A stretch of DNA of 64,000 nucleotides from Candidatus Altimarinota bacterium (lineage in GTDB: Bacteria > Patescibacteriota > Gracilibacteria > UBA1369). The DNA lies in the NCBI GenBank assembly GCA_963677745.1, contig OY782391.1, positions 384,001 through 448,000 of the forward strand, written 5' to 3'. The translations under genes were made by a program, and so were the position numbers. Positions within the stretch are counted from its first letter, which is position 1. Every line of letters begins with the position of its first letter. A model generated the notes under the pieces. The model was not told the DNA's origin. It did not search any database and saw only the letters and a program-made list of their open reading frames with translations. Of this stretch, positions 48,843-58,827 are shown one piece after another.

Positions 48843-49436
48843 ATGCTCGATATCATCAGCACTCTGCTCGTAATAGGCGTATTACTGCCCATCCTTTATT
48901 TCACCAGCAGTAATTTCAATAATATTTTTGCCCTGGTCGCCCTCATACTGATTTCCGTTCCGACCATCATGGCTATGATCAACGGGGCGCCCTTTGTCCC
49001 CACCCCCATGAAACGGGTCAAAGAAATGGTGGCCCTGGCCAAAATCAAAAAAGGCCAGGTAGTTTATGACCTGGGCTGCGGGGACGGCCGTTTTGTCTAC
49101 GTTGCCGCCAATCATTACGGGGCCAGGGCCACCGGAATTGAACTTTCCCCCCTGGTTTATGCCTTCGCAGTGATCAGAAAATGGTTATGGAGATCCAAAG
49201 CCAAAATCAAATTCGGCAACTTCAAATTTTACGATCTGTCCGACGCCGATATCATTTTCTGTTATCTGCTTCCCGACACCCTCAAAAAAATCCAGCCCGA
49301 ACTGGATAAACAATTCAAATCCGGCACCAGAATTTATTCCTACGCCTTCACCATCCCCGGCTGGAAACTGGTGGAAACAAAAGAAAGGGTTCAAAATCTC
49401 AACCTTGGACCGATTTTCGTTTACGAAAAACCATAA
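48843..49436 (+). CDS. Membrane-anchored class I SAM-dependent methyltransferase (FAM173/aKMT-like)
   Basis: Two TMs, APFVPTP, YDLGCGDGR, GIELSP, IFCYLLP. Confidence 0.85.
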   Translation: MLDIISTLLVIGVLLPILYFTSSNFNNIFALVALILISVPTIMAMINGAPFVPTPMKRVKEMVALAKIKKGQVVYDLGCGDGRFVYVAANHYGARATGIELSPLVYAFAVIRKWLWRSKAKIKFGNFKFYDLSDADIIFCYLLPDTLKKIQPELDKQFKSGTRIYSYAFTIPGWKLVETKERVQNLNLGPIFVYEKP

Positions 49437-50856
49437 ACACCGCCAGATAATACAGACAGGCCAACCAGATCTGGCCCTGTCCGAACTCCACCTGGGCCAG
49501 CGGTACTGCGGCCAGAATTTTTACAATTCCCAGCATCAGATTTACCAGAACAGTTGATATTCCGGTAAAAACCAAAGCCAGAGGCACGGAAAACAGTCCC
49601 GTCAGCAACTGGATGGCACCGGAGAGCATCAGATAGGGAATCAAAGGACCCACCAGCAAATTGGCCAGAGGAGAAATCAACGAAATACGCCCGAAACTGA
49701 AAAAAATCAAAGGCAGCGTGATGACCTGCGCGGCCAGAGTCGTCACCAGTCCTTCCCACAAAATACTCTGCCAGCCGGAACCCGCCAGAAAATCCAGCCT
49801 CCCGGCGAACCAAATCAGACTGAGCGTCGCCAGCAATGAAAGCTGAAAAGAAAGATCGAAATTCAAAAGCCTCGGATCAACCACCACAATTAAAAAAGCG
49901 CTCAACAAAATAATCTTCATCAGATCCACCCGCCTGCCCATCGTTTTGACAAAAAGCAGCAAAAGCCCCATCACTCCCGCTCTGATCACGCTGGCACCGG
50001 CTCCCGTCAAAATCACAAAAAACGTCACCAGCAACACCGTAATCACAAATCGAAGTTTTCTGGAATATCGCTGCAAACAAATAATCACCATACTGATAAT
50101 CAATGTAATATTGAAACCGGAAATAGCCAGAACATGGGTCAACCCTGTAATCTGGAAATTTGCGGACACTTCCTGCGGCAAATCCCCCCTCTCACCAATC
50201 AATACCCCGTTAATCAATGAAGAAACCGGCTCGGACGACGTTTGTCTGACCGAAGACAGTAAAACCCCCCTGATCCGATAAATTATTCCGGGCAAATCGT
50301 ATGCGCCTTTCTGCAATTTTTTCACTATCACGGTTTGTTGGAGGAAACCCTTTAAATGACGTCTGAATAGAACGAGCTTTCTATTATCGGAAATTTTTTG
50401 GAGATCCGTCCACCGGCCCGCTATCAGGAGTTTTTCACCATAAGAAATCTGCTCCTGTACCACTAATGACACCAGTAATTTTTGTCCGGCCTCCCTCCCC
50501 TCACCGGAAATAACCTCCACAACCATTTCCTGCAGCTGACCCTTTTTCTCGGGCAGGGAAATAACCCTTACTATCCCCTCCCACCTCCCGGACAAATCCG
50601 CCGGAACTCCTTCTCCCAATAAATCCAGGGCAAACCTGCCCATCCCCAGAACAATAGCCGCAGCCAATACGGTCAAAAAAACCATTTTCTTTCCCGCATC
50701 AGTCAGACTTCTCCGGCTTTCCCAAAACCACAACAGGACAGCCAGATTCAACATATAAAATATAAAAGACTCCCCTGCCAGTAATGAACAATTACTGACC
50801 CCCGCCAGAAATCCCAGTACCGCCGTGGCAATCCAAAAATCCCGGTTTAAACGCAT
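49399..50856 (-). CDS. comEC: Competence protein ComEC (membrane part, no beta-lactamase domain)
   Basis: GLTHVLAISGFNI, ASVIRA, SFQLS, ANLL. Confidence 0.93.
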   Translation of the reverse strand: MRLNRDFWIATAVLGFLAGVSNCSLLAGESFIFYMLNLAVLLWFWESRRSLTDAGKKMVFLTVLAAAIVLGMGRFALDLLGEGVPADLSGRWEGIVRVISLPEKKGQLQEMVVEVISGEGREAGQKLLVSLVVQEQISYGEKLLIAGRWTDLQKISDNRKLVLFRRHLKGFLQQTVIVKKLQKGAYDLPGIIYRIRGVLLSSVRQTSSEPVSSLINGVLIGERGDLPQEVSANFQITGLTHVLAISGFNITLIISMVIICLQRYSRKLRFVITVLLVTFFVILTGAGASVIRAGVMGLLLLFVKTMGRRVDLMKIILLSAFLIVVVDPRLLNFDLSFQLSLLATLSLIWFAGRLDFLAGSGWQSILWEGLVTTLAAQVITLPLIFFSFGRISLISPLANLLVGPLIPYLMLSGAIQLLTGLFSVPLALVFTGISTVLVNLMLGIVKILAAVPLAQVEFGQGQIWLACLYYLAVFMVFRKRKSVQG

Positions 50857-50902
50857 AGACCAAGTTTAGACCGGCCACTTTAATCCAAACTAAATTACTC
50901 AT

Positions 50903-50940
50903 AAAAAATCCCCGGTAAGAAATTCTTAGCGGGGATTTTT
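50903..50940 (-). terminator. Intrinsic terminator (potentially bidirectional) after the lipoprotein gene
   Basis: AAAAATCCCCG.TAAGA-AAT-TCTTA.CGGGGATTTTT long stem with A/T tracts on both sides. Confidence 0.85.
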
Positions 50941-50955
50941 ATCGACGGAAGAATA

Positions 50956-51924
50956 CTAGAGAGGCAGAGCGCCCAGAGCTTCAGTCGGGAAAGGTTGTGC
51001 ATCGGCGGGAACTTCAACAGTAACCGGTTTGTTCAGATCGGCAACCGATCCTTCCAAAGTAACAGTTCCGCTGGGAGAAGATTTTTCAGCATTCTCCTTG
51101 ATGGTCAGTTGACCTTTAACTTTGATCAAAGTTCCGGAAGTCTGTCCTACATAAAAATCACCGGTAAAATCAAAGCCTTCCAGACTGGCTTTCATTGAAG
51201 TCTTTTCTTCTTCGCTGATAGTCTGGCCCTGCAGTTCACTGGCTTTAACAATAAAAGTTGCAAAAGCATCCTTATCAAGAGCGCCGGTATAGTGGTAAGC
51301 TGTCTCACCGCTTACAGACTGATTGTCGACAAAAGCAACATTCTTGAAAAACTTGGTTTCCTCGATCAGAGACTTCATTTTCTTCTGATCTTCGGTCATG
51401 GTTGCAGCATCACCCTGGGGCATTGACTTGGACATTTCAGTCAGAGCTTCCGGAGGAATGGGTAAAGTCCACCATTTACCGACAAACTGGGCCTTCATTT
51501 CTTCAGGAATGGCTATTGCTCCCTTACCGGTTACATTGTCCAGGTTAAGGAAAAGAGCCTCTTTGTTCATTCGGAAGGCCAGGGAAGCGTCTGCTCCGTC
51601 CTGATCTGCCATCATGCTGCCCTTAAGGGTCAGGTTTAATTTGGGGTCAAGACTGTCCTTGGTATCAATTCCTCCAGTGGCCTTGACATCAAAAGTGACT
51701 TTCTCCGGCGGCTCATTGACTGGGCCTTTCAGATCTCCGGTCAAATTGACGTTATAAGTGTATGAAGTCAAAGCGGAAAGCTTGATCAAACCCTCCTGTA
51801 ATACTGCCTCGGGAGCCTTTTTCGGGGCTGCGGGAGCTCCGACATCCTGACATCCGGCTAGAGCAATGGACATCGCCAGAAGCCCGGTCACTGCCAGAAA
51901 CTTTGTAACATTTCTCATGTGCAA
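50956..51924 (-). CDS. Lipoprotein, LppX/LprG (LolA-fold)-like
   Basis: Lipobox LAGC; beta-rich; GKWW, VSGETAYHYTG, C-terminal NKPVTVEVP. Confidence 0.65.
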   Translation of the reverse strand: MHMRNVTKFLAVTGLLAMSIALAGCQDVGAPAAPKKAPEAVLQEGLIKLSALTSYTYNVNLTGDLKGPVNEPPEKVTFDVKATGGIDTKDSLDPKLNLTLKGSMMADQDGADASLAFRMNKEALFLNLDNVTGKGAIAIPEEMKAQFVGKWWTLPIPPEALTEMSKSMPQGDAATMTEDQKKMKSLIEETKFFKNVAFVDNQSVSGETAYHYTGALDKDAFATFIVKASELQGQTISEEEKTSMKASLEGFDFTGDFYVGQTSGTLIKVKGQLTIKENAEKSSPSGTVTLEGSVADLNKPVTVEVPADAQPFPTEALGALPL

Positions 51925-52055
51925 TTGTTAAAAAAATAAATAAATTCGCCCCAGGATACTAACCAGAAAAACTTCTGGCGTCAAACTGAGAATTTGATTA
52001 GAATAGGCAGGCCAACTTTAAATCAAGGCCGAAATCCGGCTTAAATTTTCTTAGC

Positions 52056-53723
52056 ATGAATTTTAAAAAGCGCCGCATTCGCAATCATCTGCGCAAAATT
52101 GCCCAGAACACCACCTCCGACCAGCCCGTTTCCTTACTTCAGCAACACCGTCACGCCTCCGCTCTCGGCTCCCGTTACATCCACCTGATCACGATCGTCG
52201 CCGGAATTATTATTCTGCTCGGTTTTTTCTGGGTCACGGTCAGCATAATCAAGAGTCTCGATTTCGGATCACTGGTGTTTTCATTCGGCAAAGAATTAAA
52301 AAAAGACACTCATAAACAAACCAATTTTCTGCTGGTTGGCGTTGGTGGCGATGAACATGATGGATCCAACCTGACCGACACAATCATCATCGCCAGTCTT
52401 TCCGAAAAAGACAAAACAGTCAAAATGCTCTCCCTGCCGCGCGATTTATATATGGACGATCAGCAGACGGGCGGACAGAGAATCAATAAAATTTATGACA
52501 CCTATTACAATAAATATAAAAACTCCCCCAAGGCCATGACCAAACTGGGGCAAGTGATAACAGGAATGACAGGAATCCCCATCAATTACTATATTAAAGT
52601 TGATTTCAACGGATTCGTAAAAATTGTAGATGCCCTGGGCGGAGTAGACATCGATGTTGAAAAAGCCATTTATGATCCCAACTATCCAAGAGGTGAAACC
52701 GATAAATATGAAACCTTTTCCCTGCCGGCGGGACCGCAACTGCTGGACGGCAAAACAGCCCTCAAATTCGCGCGCAGCCGCAAAACAACCAGCGACTTCG
52801 ACCGGGCCAAAAGACAACAACAGTTACTCTCCGCAATCAAAGAAAAAGCCCTTAGTCTCAATCTTCTGACCGATCCCGGAAAGATCCAGAACCTCTATAA
52901 CTCCCTGGCCGACAGTCTGGAGACCGACCTGTCCGTTGCTGAAATAATTGAATTGGCCAAGATTTCCCGCGATATCAACAAAGACCAGCTGGAATCAAGA
53001 GTCTTTTCCGATGATTTCACCAGCTGCGGCGGACTGCTCTACACACCTGTCCGCGATTATTTTGCCGGAGCCGCCGTACTGCTGCCCGCCGGCAACAGTT
53101 TCGACGAATTGAAACGGTTCAGCGAAAATTATTTTTACCTGGCCGGAGATAACAAAACCGAAATCCAGGTTCTGAACGGAACAAAAATTCCCGGACTGGC
53201 TTTGGACTATCTAAACCGGCTTAGCAGGGATTGCCTGAATGTGGTTTATTACGGCAACGCCTCCGACAGAGACCTGAAAAAATCTACCATCTATTACCTG
53301 CCCGAAACCGGCCCCAATGGAGAAACCCAAATCCCCAAGGCCATTGAACTGATCAAACAGACAATCGACGCTCCACTGGTAGAAGGAATACCCCCCGATT
53401 ACCTGTCCGGCGATAAGCGGATCAACACCCGTATCGTTGTCGAAACCGGCGCAGACTACAAAAAGCTGACTTCCGAAGATCCTTTTAATAAATTGCTTTA
53501 TACAACCCCGGTCGCACCGGTTGAAGAAGTAATTCCGGAACCGGAAAAACCTTTGAACTCACCGGGTTCGACCAATGGGACTTCCACCAATTCCACCAAT
53601 GCGGACAGCTCCACCGCCGCTGCCGGAACCACAGCCCCCCCGGCCCCCGCCTCGCCCACTGTGCCCCCCCCCGCCCACGCTGTGTCCACAACTGTTCCAC
53701 CACTTTCATCCCCTCAACCCTGA
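52056..53723 (+). CDS. LCP (LytR-CpsA-Psr) family transferase with LytR_C domain
   Basis: TDTII, SLPRD, VDALGGV, ARSR, SDFDRAKRQQ, VLNGT; P/T/S-rich tail. Confidence 0.93.
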   Translation: MNFKKRRIRNHLRKIAQNTTSDQPVSLLQQHRHASALGSRYIHLITIVAGIIILLGFFWVTVSIIKSLDFGSLVFSFGKELKKDTHKQTNFLLVGVGGDEHDGSNLTDTIIIASLSEKDKTVKMLSLPRDLYMDDQQTGGQRINKIYDTYYNKYKNSPKAMTKLGQVITGMTGIPINYYIKVDFNGFVKIVDALGGVDIDVEKAIYDPNYPRGETDKYETFSLPAGPQLLDGKTALKFARSRKTTSDFDRAKRQQQLLSAIKEKALSLNLLTDPGKIQNLYNSLADSLETDLSVAEIIELAKISRDINKDQLESRVFSDDFTSCGGLLYTPVRDYFAGAAVLLPAGNSFDELKRFSENYFYLAGDNKTEIQVLNGTKIPGLALDYLNRLSRDCLNVVYYGNASDRDLKKSTIYYLPETGPNGETQIPKAIELIKQTIDAPLVEGIPPDYLSGDKRINTRIVVETGADYKKLTSEDPFNKLLYTTPVAPVEEVIPEPEKPLNSPGSTNGTSTNSTNADSSTAAAGTTAPPAPASPTVPPPAHAVSTTVPPLSSPQP

Positions 53724-54598
53724 TGCTGGACGTCCTAATCAGCCTTCTGGCTGTACAAAACCTGATTTTCTCCGAACCCGCGTCAGAGGGTCTGTCTTCA
53801 CCGCCCCCGCTTCCCGAAAAAATTTCCGCCTATCCCGAAAAAACCGGGATTTCCCTGAGCCCCATCCTGGGCGCAAAATCCGTGCTGAGCCTGGATCTGG
53901 ACACCGGAAAATTTTTATTTGACCGGAATATCAATGAACGGCTGCCAATGGCCAGTCTGGCCAAACTGATGACAGCTCTGGTCATCCTGGAAAACCATTC
54001 GCTGGACGAGATCGTAACGGTCGACCCGCGGGCGACTCAGATTGAACCGGCCAAGATTTTCCTGCTGGCCAATGAAAAGATTACCGTCAGAGAACTGATC
54101 AAATCCCTCATTATCAAATCGGCGAACGATTCAGCCCTGGCTCTGGCCTATTACGACAGCCCGGACCTGGAAAATTTTATTGCCAAAATGAACAACCGGG
54201 CGCATCAGCTCGGCATGAATGACACTCATTTCCGCAATCCGGTCGGTTTTGACGATCCCGATCAATATTCTTCAGTCAGCGATTTGTCCATTCTGGCCCG
54301 CACCGCCTACAAACAACCGATCATCCGCCAGGCGGCCACCATCACCAAAACCACGCTTTCCTCCGTCAATCAACAACAAACCCACGAAGTTGAGGCAACC
54401 AACCTGCTTTTAAACAGTTATCTCAAAGTCTTCGGATTAAAGACCGGTACCACCGACCTGGCCGGACAATGCCTGATTACTATTGTCGAATCTCCCGACG
54501 GGCCAAAAATCATGAATATCATGCTCAACAGTCCGTCACGTTATGATGATAGCAAAATTCTCTCTCAATGGGTTTTTGATAATTACAAGTGGCTATAA
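53723..54598 (+). CDS. D-alanyl-D-alanine carboxypeptidase (peptidase S11)
   Basis: ASLAK (SxxK), SAN (SxN), KTG. Confidence 0.93.
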   Translation: MLDVLISLLAVQNLIFSEPASEGLSSPPPLPEKISAYPEKTGISLSPILGAKSVLSLDLDTGKFLFDRNINERLPMASLAKLMTALVILENHSLDEIVTVDPRATQIEPAKIFLLANEKITVRELIKSLIIKSANDSALALAYYDSPDLENFIAKMNNRAHQLGMNDTHFRNPVGFDDPDQYSSVSDLSILARTAYKQPIIRQAATITKTTLSSVNQQQTHEVEATNLLLNSYLKVFGLKTGTTDLAGQCLITIVESPDGPKIMNIMLNSPSRYDDSKILSQWVFDNYKWL

Positions 54599-54607
54599 AA
54601 AACAAAT

Positions 54608-55666
54608 ATGAATAATTCAATTATTTTTGTAACTGAGAATCTGAGATACCTGATACTGATCTTCGGCTCACTGATAATGTCTTTTTTAATCTCCATCATG
54701 CTAGCCCCGCCCTTTATCCGGCTGCTGCATAAATACAAAATCGGGAAACAGCTGAGAGACAAAGCTTCAACCGGCGAAGAAGCTGTCATCTTCAAGGAAT
54801 TGCACGCCAAAAAAGCGGGAACACCCACCATGGGCGGAGTAATTATCTGGGGCACCACCCTGTTGGTCGTTCTGCTTTCCAGCGTATCAACCTGGTTTCA
54901 TATCACCGATAATCCCCTTTTCAACCGCGCCGAAACCCTGCTGCCCATCTTCACCCTGATCGCCACCGCCATCCTGGGCGCAATCGATGATTACATGAAC
55001 CTGAAAGGACATGGTAAGAGCAAAGGAATAGATATAAAACCAAAGTTTTTATTGCTGGCCATTTTTGCCACCCTGGGGGCCTTCTGGTTCTATTATCGTC
55101 TGGGCTACCAGAGCATACACATTCCTTTCTTTGGCGATGCTGTACTGGGCATCTGGTATATTCCTCTATTCATTTTAATCATCACGGCCACCGCTAATGC
55201 CGTCAATATTACCGACGGTCTGGACGGACTGGCGGGCGGACTGCTGACAATCGCCTTTCTTTCTTTTGCAGTAATCGCTTATTTAAAAGGATTATTGATT
55301 CTTTCCGCTTTCTGTACGGTCATTGCCGGTTCCACTATCGGTTTTCTATGGTTCAACATTATACCGGCCAAATTCTATATGGGTGATACGGGAGCCATCT
55401 CGTTGGGAGCAACACTGGGCGTAATAGCGATGCTGACCGACTCCGTATTGACTCTCCCCTTGATCGGCTTCATTTTCGTTGTCGAAACCGTCTCCGTAAT
55501 CATTCAGATTACTTCCAAAAAACTTTTTCACAAAAAAGTCTTCCTGATCGCCCCCCTTCATCATCATTTCGAAAAACTGGGCTGGAGTGAAGCCACTGTT
55601 GTCATGAGATTCTGGATAGTGGGAGGTTTTGCCTGTGTTCTGGGACTACTTCTGTGCGCATTCTGA
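54608..55666 (+). CDS. mraY: Phospho-N-acetylmuramoyl-pentapeptide transferase
   Basis: KAGTPTMGG, DD, NAVNITDGLDGL, YMGDTG, APLHHHFE. Confidence 0.97.
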   Translation: MNNSIIFVTENLRYLILIFGSLIMSFLISIMLAPPFIRLLHKYKIGKQLRDKASTGEEAVIFKELHAKKAGTPTMGGVIIWGTTLLVVLLSSVSTWFHITDNPLFNRAETLLPIFTLIATAILGAIDDYMNLKGHGKSKGIDIKPKFLLLAIFATLGAFWFYYRLGYQSIHIPFFGDAVLGIWYIPLFILIITATANAVNITDGLDGLAGGLLTIAFLSFAVIAYLKGLLILSAFCTVIAGSTIGFLWFNIIPAKFYMGDTGAISLGATLGVIAMLTDSVLTLPLIGFIFVVETVSVIIQITSKKLFHKKVFLIAPLHHHFEKLGWSEATVVMRFWIVGGFACVLGLLLCAF

Positions 55667-57685
55667 CAGACAGCCACCCAAATCCTGACTGGCCTGGAAA
55701 TCTACGATTATTTTGGAACCGGTATCAATATTGTCGGTCAGGATTTCTTCCTGTTCTTTTTGCTGAACATATTCCGGATAATCCGCCAGTATTTTGTCCA
55801 GATCAGCCAAAAGCTGTTTCTTTTCGCGGGAATTTTCAAAGAATTCCTGACCGGTATTGCGCAACTCCATCACCATTTCCAGAGGAATGCCATTTTTGCG
55901 GTAATATTTGACGATTACGATCAATTTTTGCAGACTGTCCATTTTCACCTTGTTTACCATGGCTGAAAAGCGCTGATCCCCCTTGCTCTTCAATTCCGAC
56001 TCAATGGCAGTAAGCACTTTGAATTGTTTGATTTGCTCATTCAAAAGCTCAAACAAACTGCCCTCGATTTCAGCCACCTGGGAATTCTCCACCTCTTTCA
56101 CCAGTTCATCGAGCCCCTGCAAATAATTTCTGAATACAGCCTCCGCCTCCTTCAGATAATTTTTGGAAATAAGATTCTGCATTTCCAGCAATCTGTTCTG
56201 AGCCCGTTCCAGAAGATAAGAAGCCCGGTCGGCAGAATTGGCGATAAAATTGGAACTGGCCTCCATCACTGCTTCCTTGGCGGAATAAAGTTTCTCGCCG
56301 GGTAAAACCAGGCTCAAGGCCTTTTTCTGTAGTCCCACTTCTTCCCTGATCAACTGCATCAACCGGTCCGTCTGTCCGGAATCGGCTTTCTTTAACAAAT
56401 CATAACTGGCTGTTATCTCCCTGATGCCTGTCTTATACTGCAACAGCAAGGGCGTGGCCTGGCGGCGGATCAAAATATCCTCATCCGATTCATTCAAAAA
56501 TTCCTGTGCCTTGATAAATCCCAGATGTACGTCCAGAAACCTCTGGCGGGCTTTTTCCACCTCACCATTGTCAAAAATCGCTTTTGTACCGTCTTTGAAA
56601 TCGGCCAATAACCCCAGCGAGTTATCCGAAGCCACCGCCGACTCCACAAATTTTTGATTTTCCTCCTTTAAATTTTCCTGATGCTGTTTGTCCATAGCCA
56701 GATTGGTCAGGACCCATTGATCCTGGGCAGTATCACTTTTCTCCACCACAATCCCCCGGTCTTTGCCTTTAACCAGAAAAGGAGAGGAGGAAACCTCCGC
56801 GGTAAAACCGGCTACTACCGGTTGTATGTAAGTCACCTGGGCTGATTTTTTGCTTAAATCCACAACATTATCAAAAACCATCAATTCCGTGCTGTCATTA
56901 CTGGTAGTTAAAGCAAATACAGCCCGCGAATCCACGTCGGTCCGGACATTCTCCGTTTCAATCATAAAACTGGACTGGTTGCCCACCAGATTATAAACCG
57001 ACGCCCAAACACGGCCAGCCAGCAGGGACAACTCAACCTGGGTCTGAACGGCATCATCGGGCATCACATAAAGTTTCTTGATTTCCAGAGAGGTGTTCTC
57101 ACCCAGCCTGGTCACACTGTCGTCCAAATAACGGATTGCCACAAAGCTGTTCAGCTTGGTGAAAACCAGGTCTCCTTCCTGAAGACTGAAATTTTTATCA
57201 ACAGCCATTATGCGTCCGTCCCTGTTCACATAAACCTCTCCCTGCACATCCTCCAAAAAAGTCCATTTGGAAGCCCGCGTCACCCTCAGTTCCAGTGGGG
57301 ACGCCACAAAAAGTCCCAATACCAAAACAAAAACCAACGCCGAAGCCAATCCGGCGCGCCAATTCCGGGAATTCGCGAACATGGAAAACCCAAAACGGGC
57401 CCTGGATTGAATTTTTTCCATCAAAATCCGGTAGAGCAGATTTCTCTGGCCACTTGCCAGATAAGCAGGAGCAGAAACCTCCTCCACACCGTCCACCAGT
57501 GATTGCAGACTGACCGGCAGAGACTCCTGCCCGGACGACAGCCGGCCCATCAGACTGGCTTTCAGACCGGACCTCTGGCTGTCGGAAAGATACTCTTCCC
57601 GGCCGAGCCCGGCCAGGCTGTCGGACAACCCGCTCAGGTCCTTTTCCAACAGTCTATCCCCTGATTTTTTAAACAATTTCCACAT
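55646..57685 (-). CDS. Putative anti-sigma factor: N-terminal helices, TM, FecR-like domain, DUF5667-like domain
   Basis: LQEGD...DDSVTRLGENT (FecR-like); LPGEKLY...AQNRLLE (DUF5667-like); directly after the ECF sigma gene. Confidence 0.7.
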   Translation of the reverse strand: MWKLFKKSGDRLLEKDLSGLSDSLAGLGREEYLSDSQRSGLKASLMGRLSSGQESLPVSLQSLVDGVEEVSAPAYLASGQRNLLYRILMEKIQSRARFGFSMFANSRNWRAGLASALVFVLVLGLFVASPLELRVTRASKWTFLEDVQGEVYVNRDGRIMAVDKNFSLQEGDLVFTKLNSFVAIRYLDDSVTRLGENTSLEIKKLYVMPDDAVQTQVELSLLAGRVWASVYNLVGNQSSFMIETENVRTDVDSRAVFALTTSNDSTELMVFDNVVDLSKKSAQVTYIQPVVAGFTAEVSSSPFLVKGKDRGIVVEKSDTAQDQWVLTNLAMDKQHQENLKEENQKFVESAVASDNSLGLLADFKDGTKAIFDNGEVEKARQRFLDVHLGFIKAQEFLNESDEDILIRRQATPLLLQYKTGIREITASYDLLKKADSGQTDRLMQLIREEVGLQKKALSLVLPGEKLYSAKEAVMEASSNFIANSADRASYLLERAQNRLLEMQNLISKNYLKEAEAVFRNYLQGLDELVKEVENSQVAEIEGSLFELLNEQIKQFKVLTAIESELKSKGDQRFSAMVNKVKMDSLQKLIVIVKYYRKNGIPLEMVMELRNTGQEFFENSREKKQLLADLDKILADYPEYVQQKEQEEILTDNIDTGSKIIVDFQASQDLGGCLSECAQK

Positions 57686-57699
57686 ATTACATTTACCCT

Positions 57700-57724
57700 A
57701 ACGGGAAAAGTCCCAATCTGTTAC
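57700..57724 (-). promoter_or_regulatory. ECF-type promoter upstream of the anti-sigma gene
   Basis: Minus strand GTAAC-N16-CGTT. Confidence 0.55.
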
Positions 57725-58311
57725 TAAGATTTAATACCCATCTCCTGCAAAATCCTTTTCAACTCCTGAAGAGCCCTGAATTTCAATACACGCAAAGTCC
57801 CCTCACTTTTCTTTAATACATGCGACAATTCCGGATTATCCAACCCGTTGATATAAGCCAGCGTGATCACTTCCCGATAGCTCTCCTTAAGTTGTTGCAT
57901 GGCCTTTTTCAAACTGCGGCGGGACAGACTTTGTTCGGCCAGAAAAATCGGGCTGTTGTCATGACGCAAATCGGCCTGATCGGGATCAAGTTCGGAAGTT
58001 CCGCGATCATAGCGGTAATGGTCGATCAGGAGATTGTGGGCAATCCTGTACAGCCAGGAAGAAAAAGATGCCCCCGACTTGCGTTTGTAAATTCTGATAT
58101 TGTCCCAAACCTTGATAAACAGGTTCTCGGTCAAATCGAAAGCCTCCCCCTGAGTGGTTTTGAAATAAAAATATTTATAGACCCGATCAACATAATGGTC
58201 ATAAAGTTTCGAAAAGGACTGCATATCCCCTTTCTGCACCTGTGTTACCAATTGTTCGATCGTTTCTTTTTCCTGTTCCGTCTGGCTGTTTTTAACTGTC
58301 CGTTCTGGCAT
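57724..58311 (-). CDS. ECF RNA polymerase sigma factor
   Basis: DLTENLFIKVW, FSSWLYRIAHN (region 2); region 4 SEGTLRVLKFRA. Confidence 0.95.
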   Translation of the reverse strand: MPERTVKNSQTEQEKETIEQLVTQVQKGDMQSFSKLYDHYVDRVYKYFYFKTTQGEAFDLTENLFIKVWDNIRIYKRKSGASFSSWLYRIAHNLLIDHYRYDRGTSELDPDQADLRHDNSPIFLAEQSLSRRSLKKAMQQLKESYREVITLAYINGLDNPELSHVLKKSEGTLRVLKFRALQELKRILQEMGIKS

Positions 58312-58416
58312 TCAAATTTTTCTAAACGGATAACAGCATACTACAAACATAGCAAAGTTCAAATTGTGCTTTTGTCAAAAGCGGCGTAAGTGATTCAAAC
58401 CGGTAAAAAATTCCAG

Positions 58417-58818
58417 CTAATTAGCCTTGGCAATTACATTATCGCCGTAAACAAAATTGACCTGACTGGGCTTTCTCATATGATCAATGGATCCGCTGGA
58501 AATAATCTGGGTCATGGATTTGGCCTTGGCCAGATTGAGTGTTCTGAGATCACTTTGACCCTTCAGCTCCTGATGGGAAACTTCCAGCCTTTTCAGAATA
58601 TAACCTTTGGTGGCAACTTTATTAAAATTCCACAGATAAAGACTGCCCAACAATAAAGTTGTAATAAACAGCGAAACAATCATAAAAACCGGACTAAATT
58701 TGATCTTCACCAGTTCCTTCCCGGCCCTTTCCTCTTCCTTCTTTTGGATAATTTCAGTCTGTTTGGCCTGTCTCAGGTCATTTCTATAGGGACTGTATCC
58801 GATGATTATATTGCTCAT
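58417..58818 (-). CDS. Cell division protein FtsL-like
   Basis: Bitopic coiled-coil protein directly downstream of rsmH, the usual ftsL position. Confidence 0.65.
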   Translation of the reverse strand: MSNIIIGYSPYRNDLRQAKQTEIIQKKEEERAGKELVKIKFSPVFMIVSLFITTLLLGSLYLWNFNKVATKGYILKRLEVSHQELKGQSDLRTLNLAKAKSMTQIISSGSIDHMRKPSQVNFVYGDNVIAKAN

Positions 58819-58827
58819 TTTTACTTT

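Noticed and set aside
53560-53723. C-rich low-complexity tract
   Set aside because: Encodes the Pro/Thr/Ala tail of the LCP protein; not a repeat array
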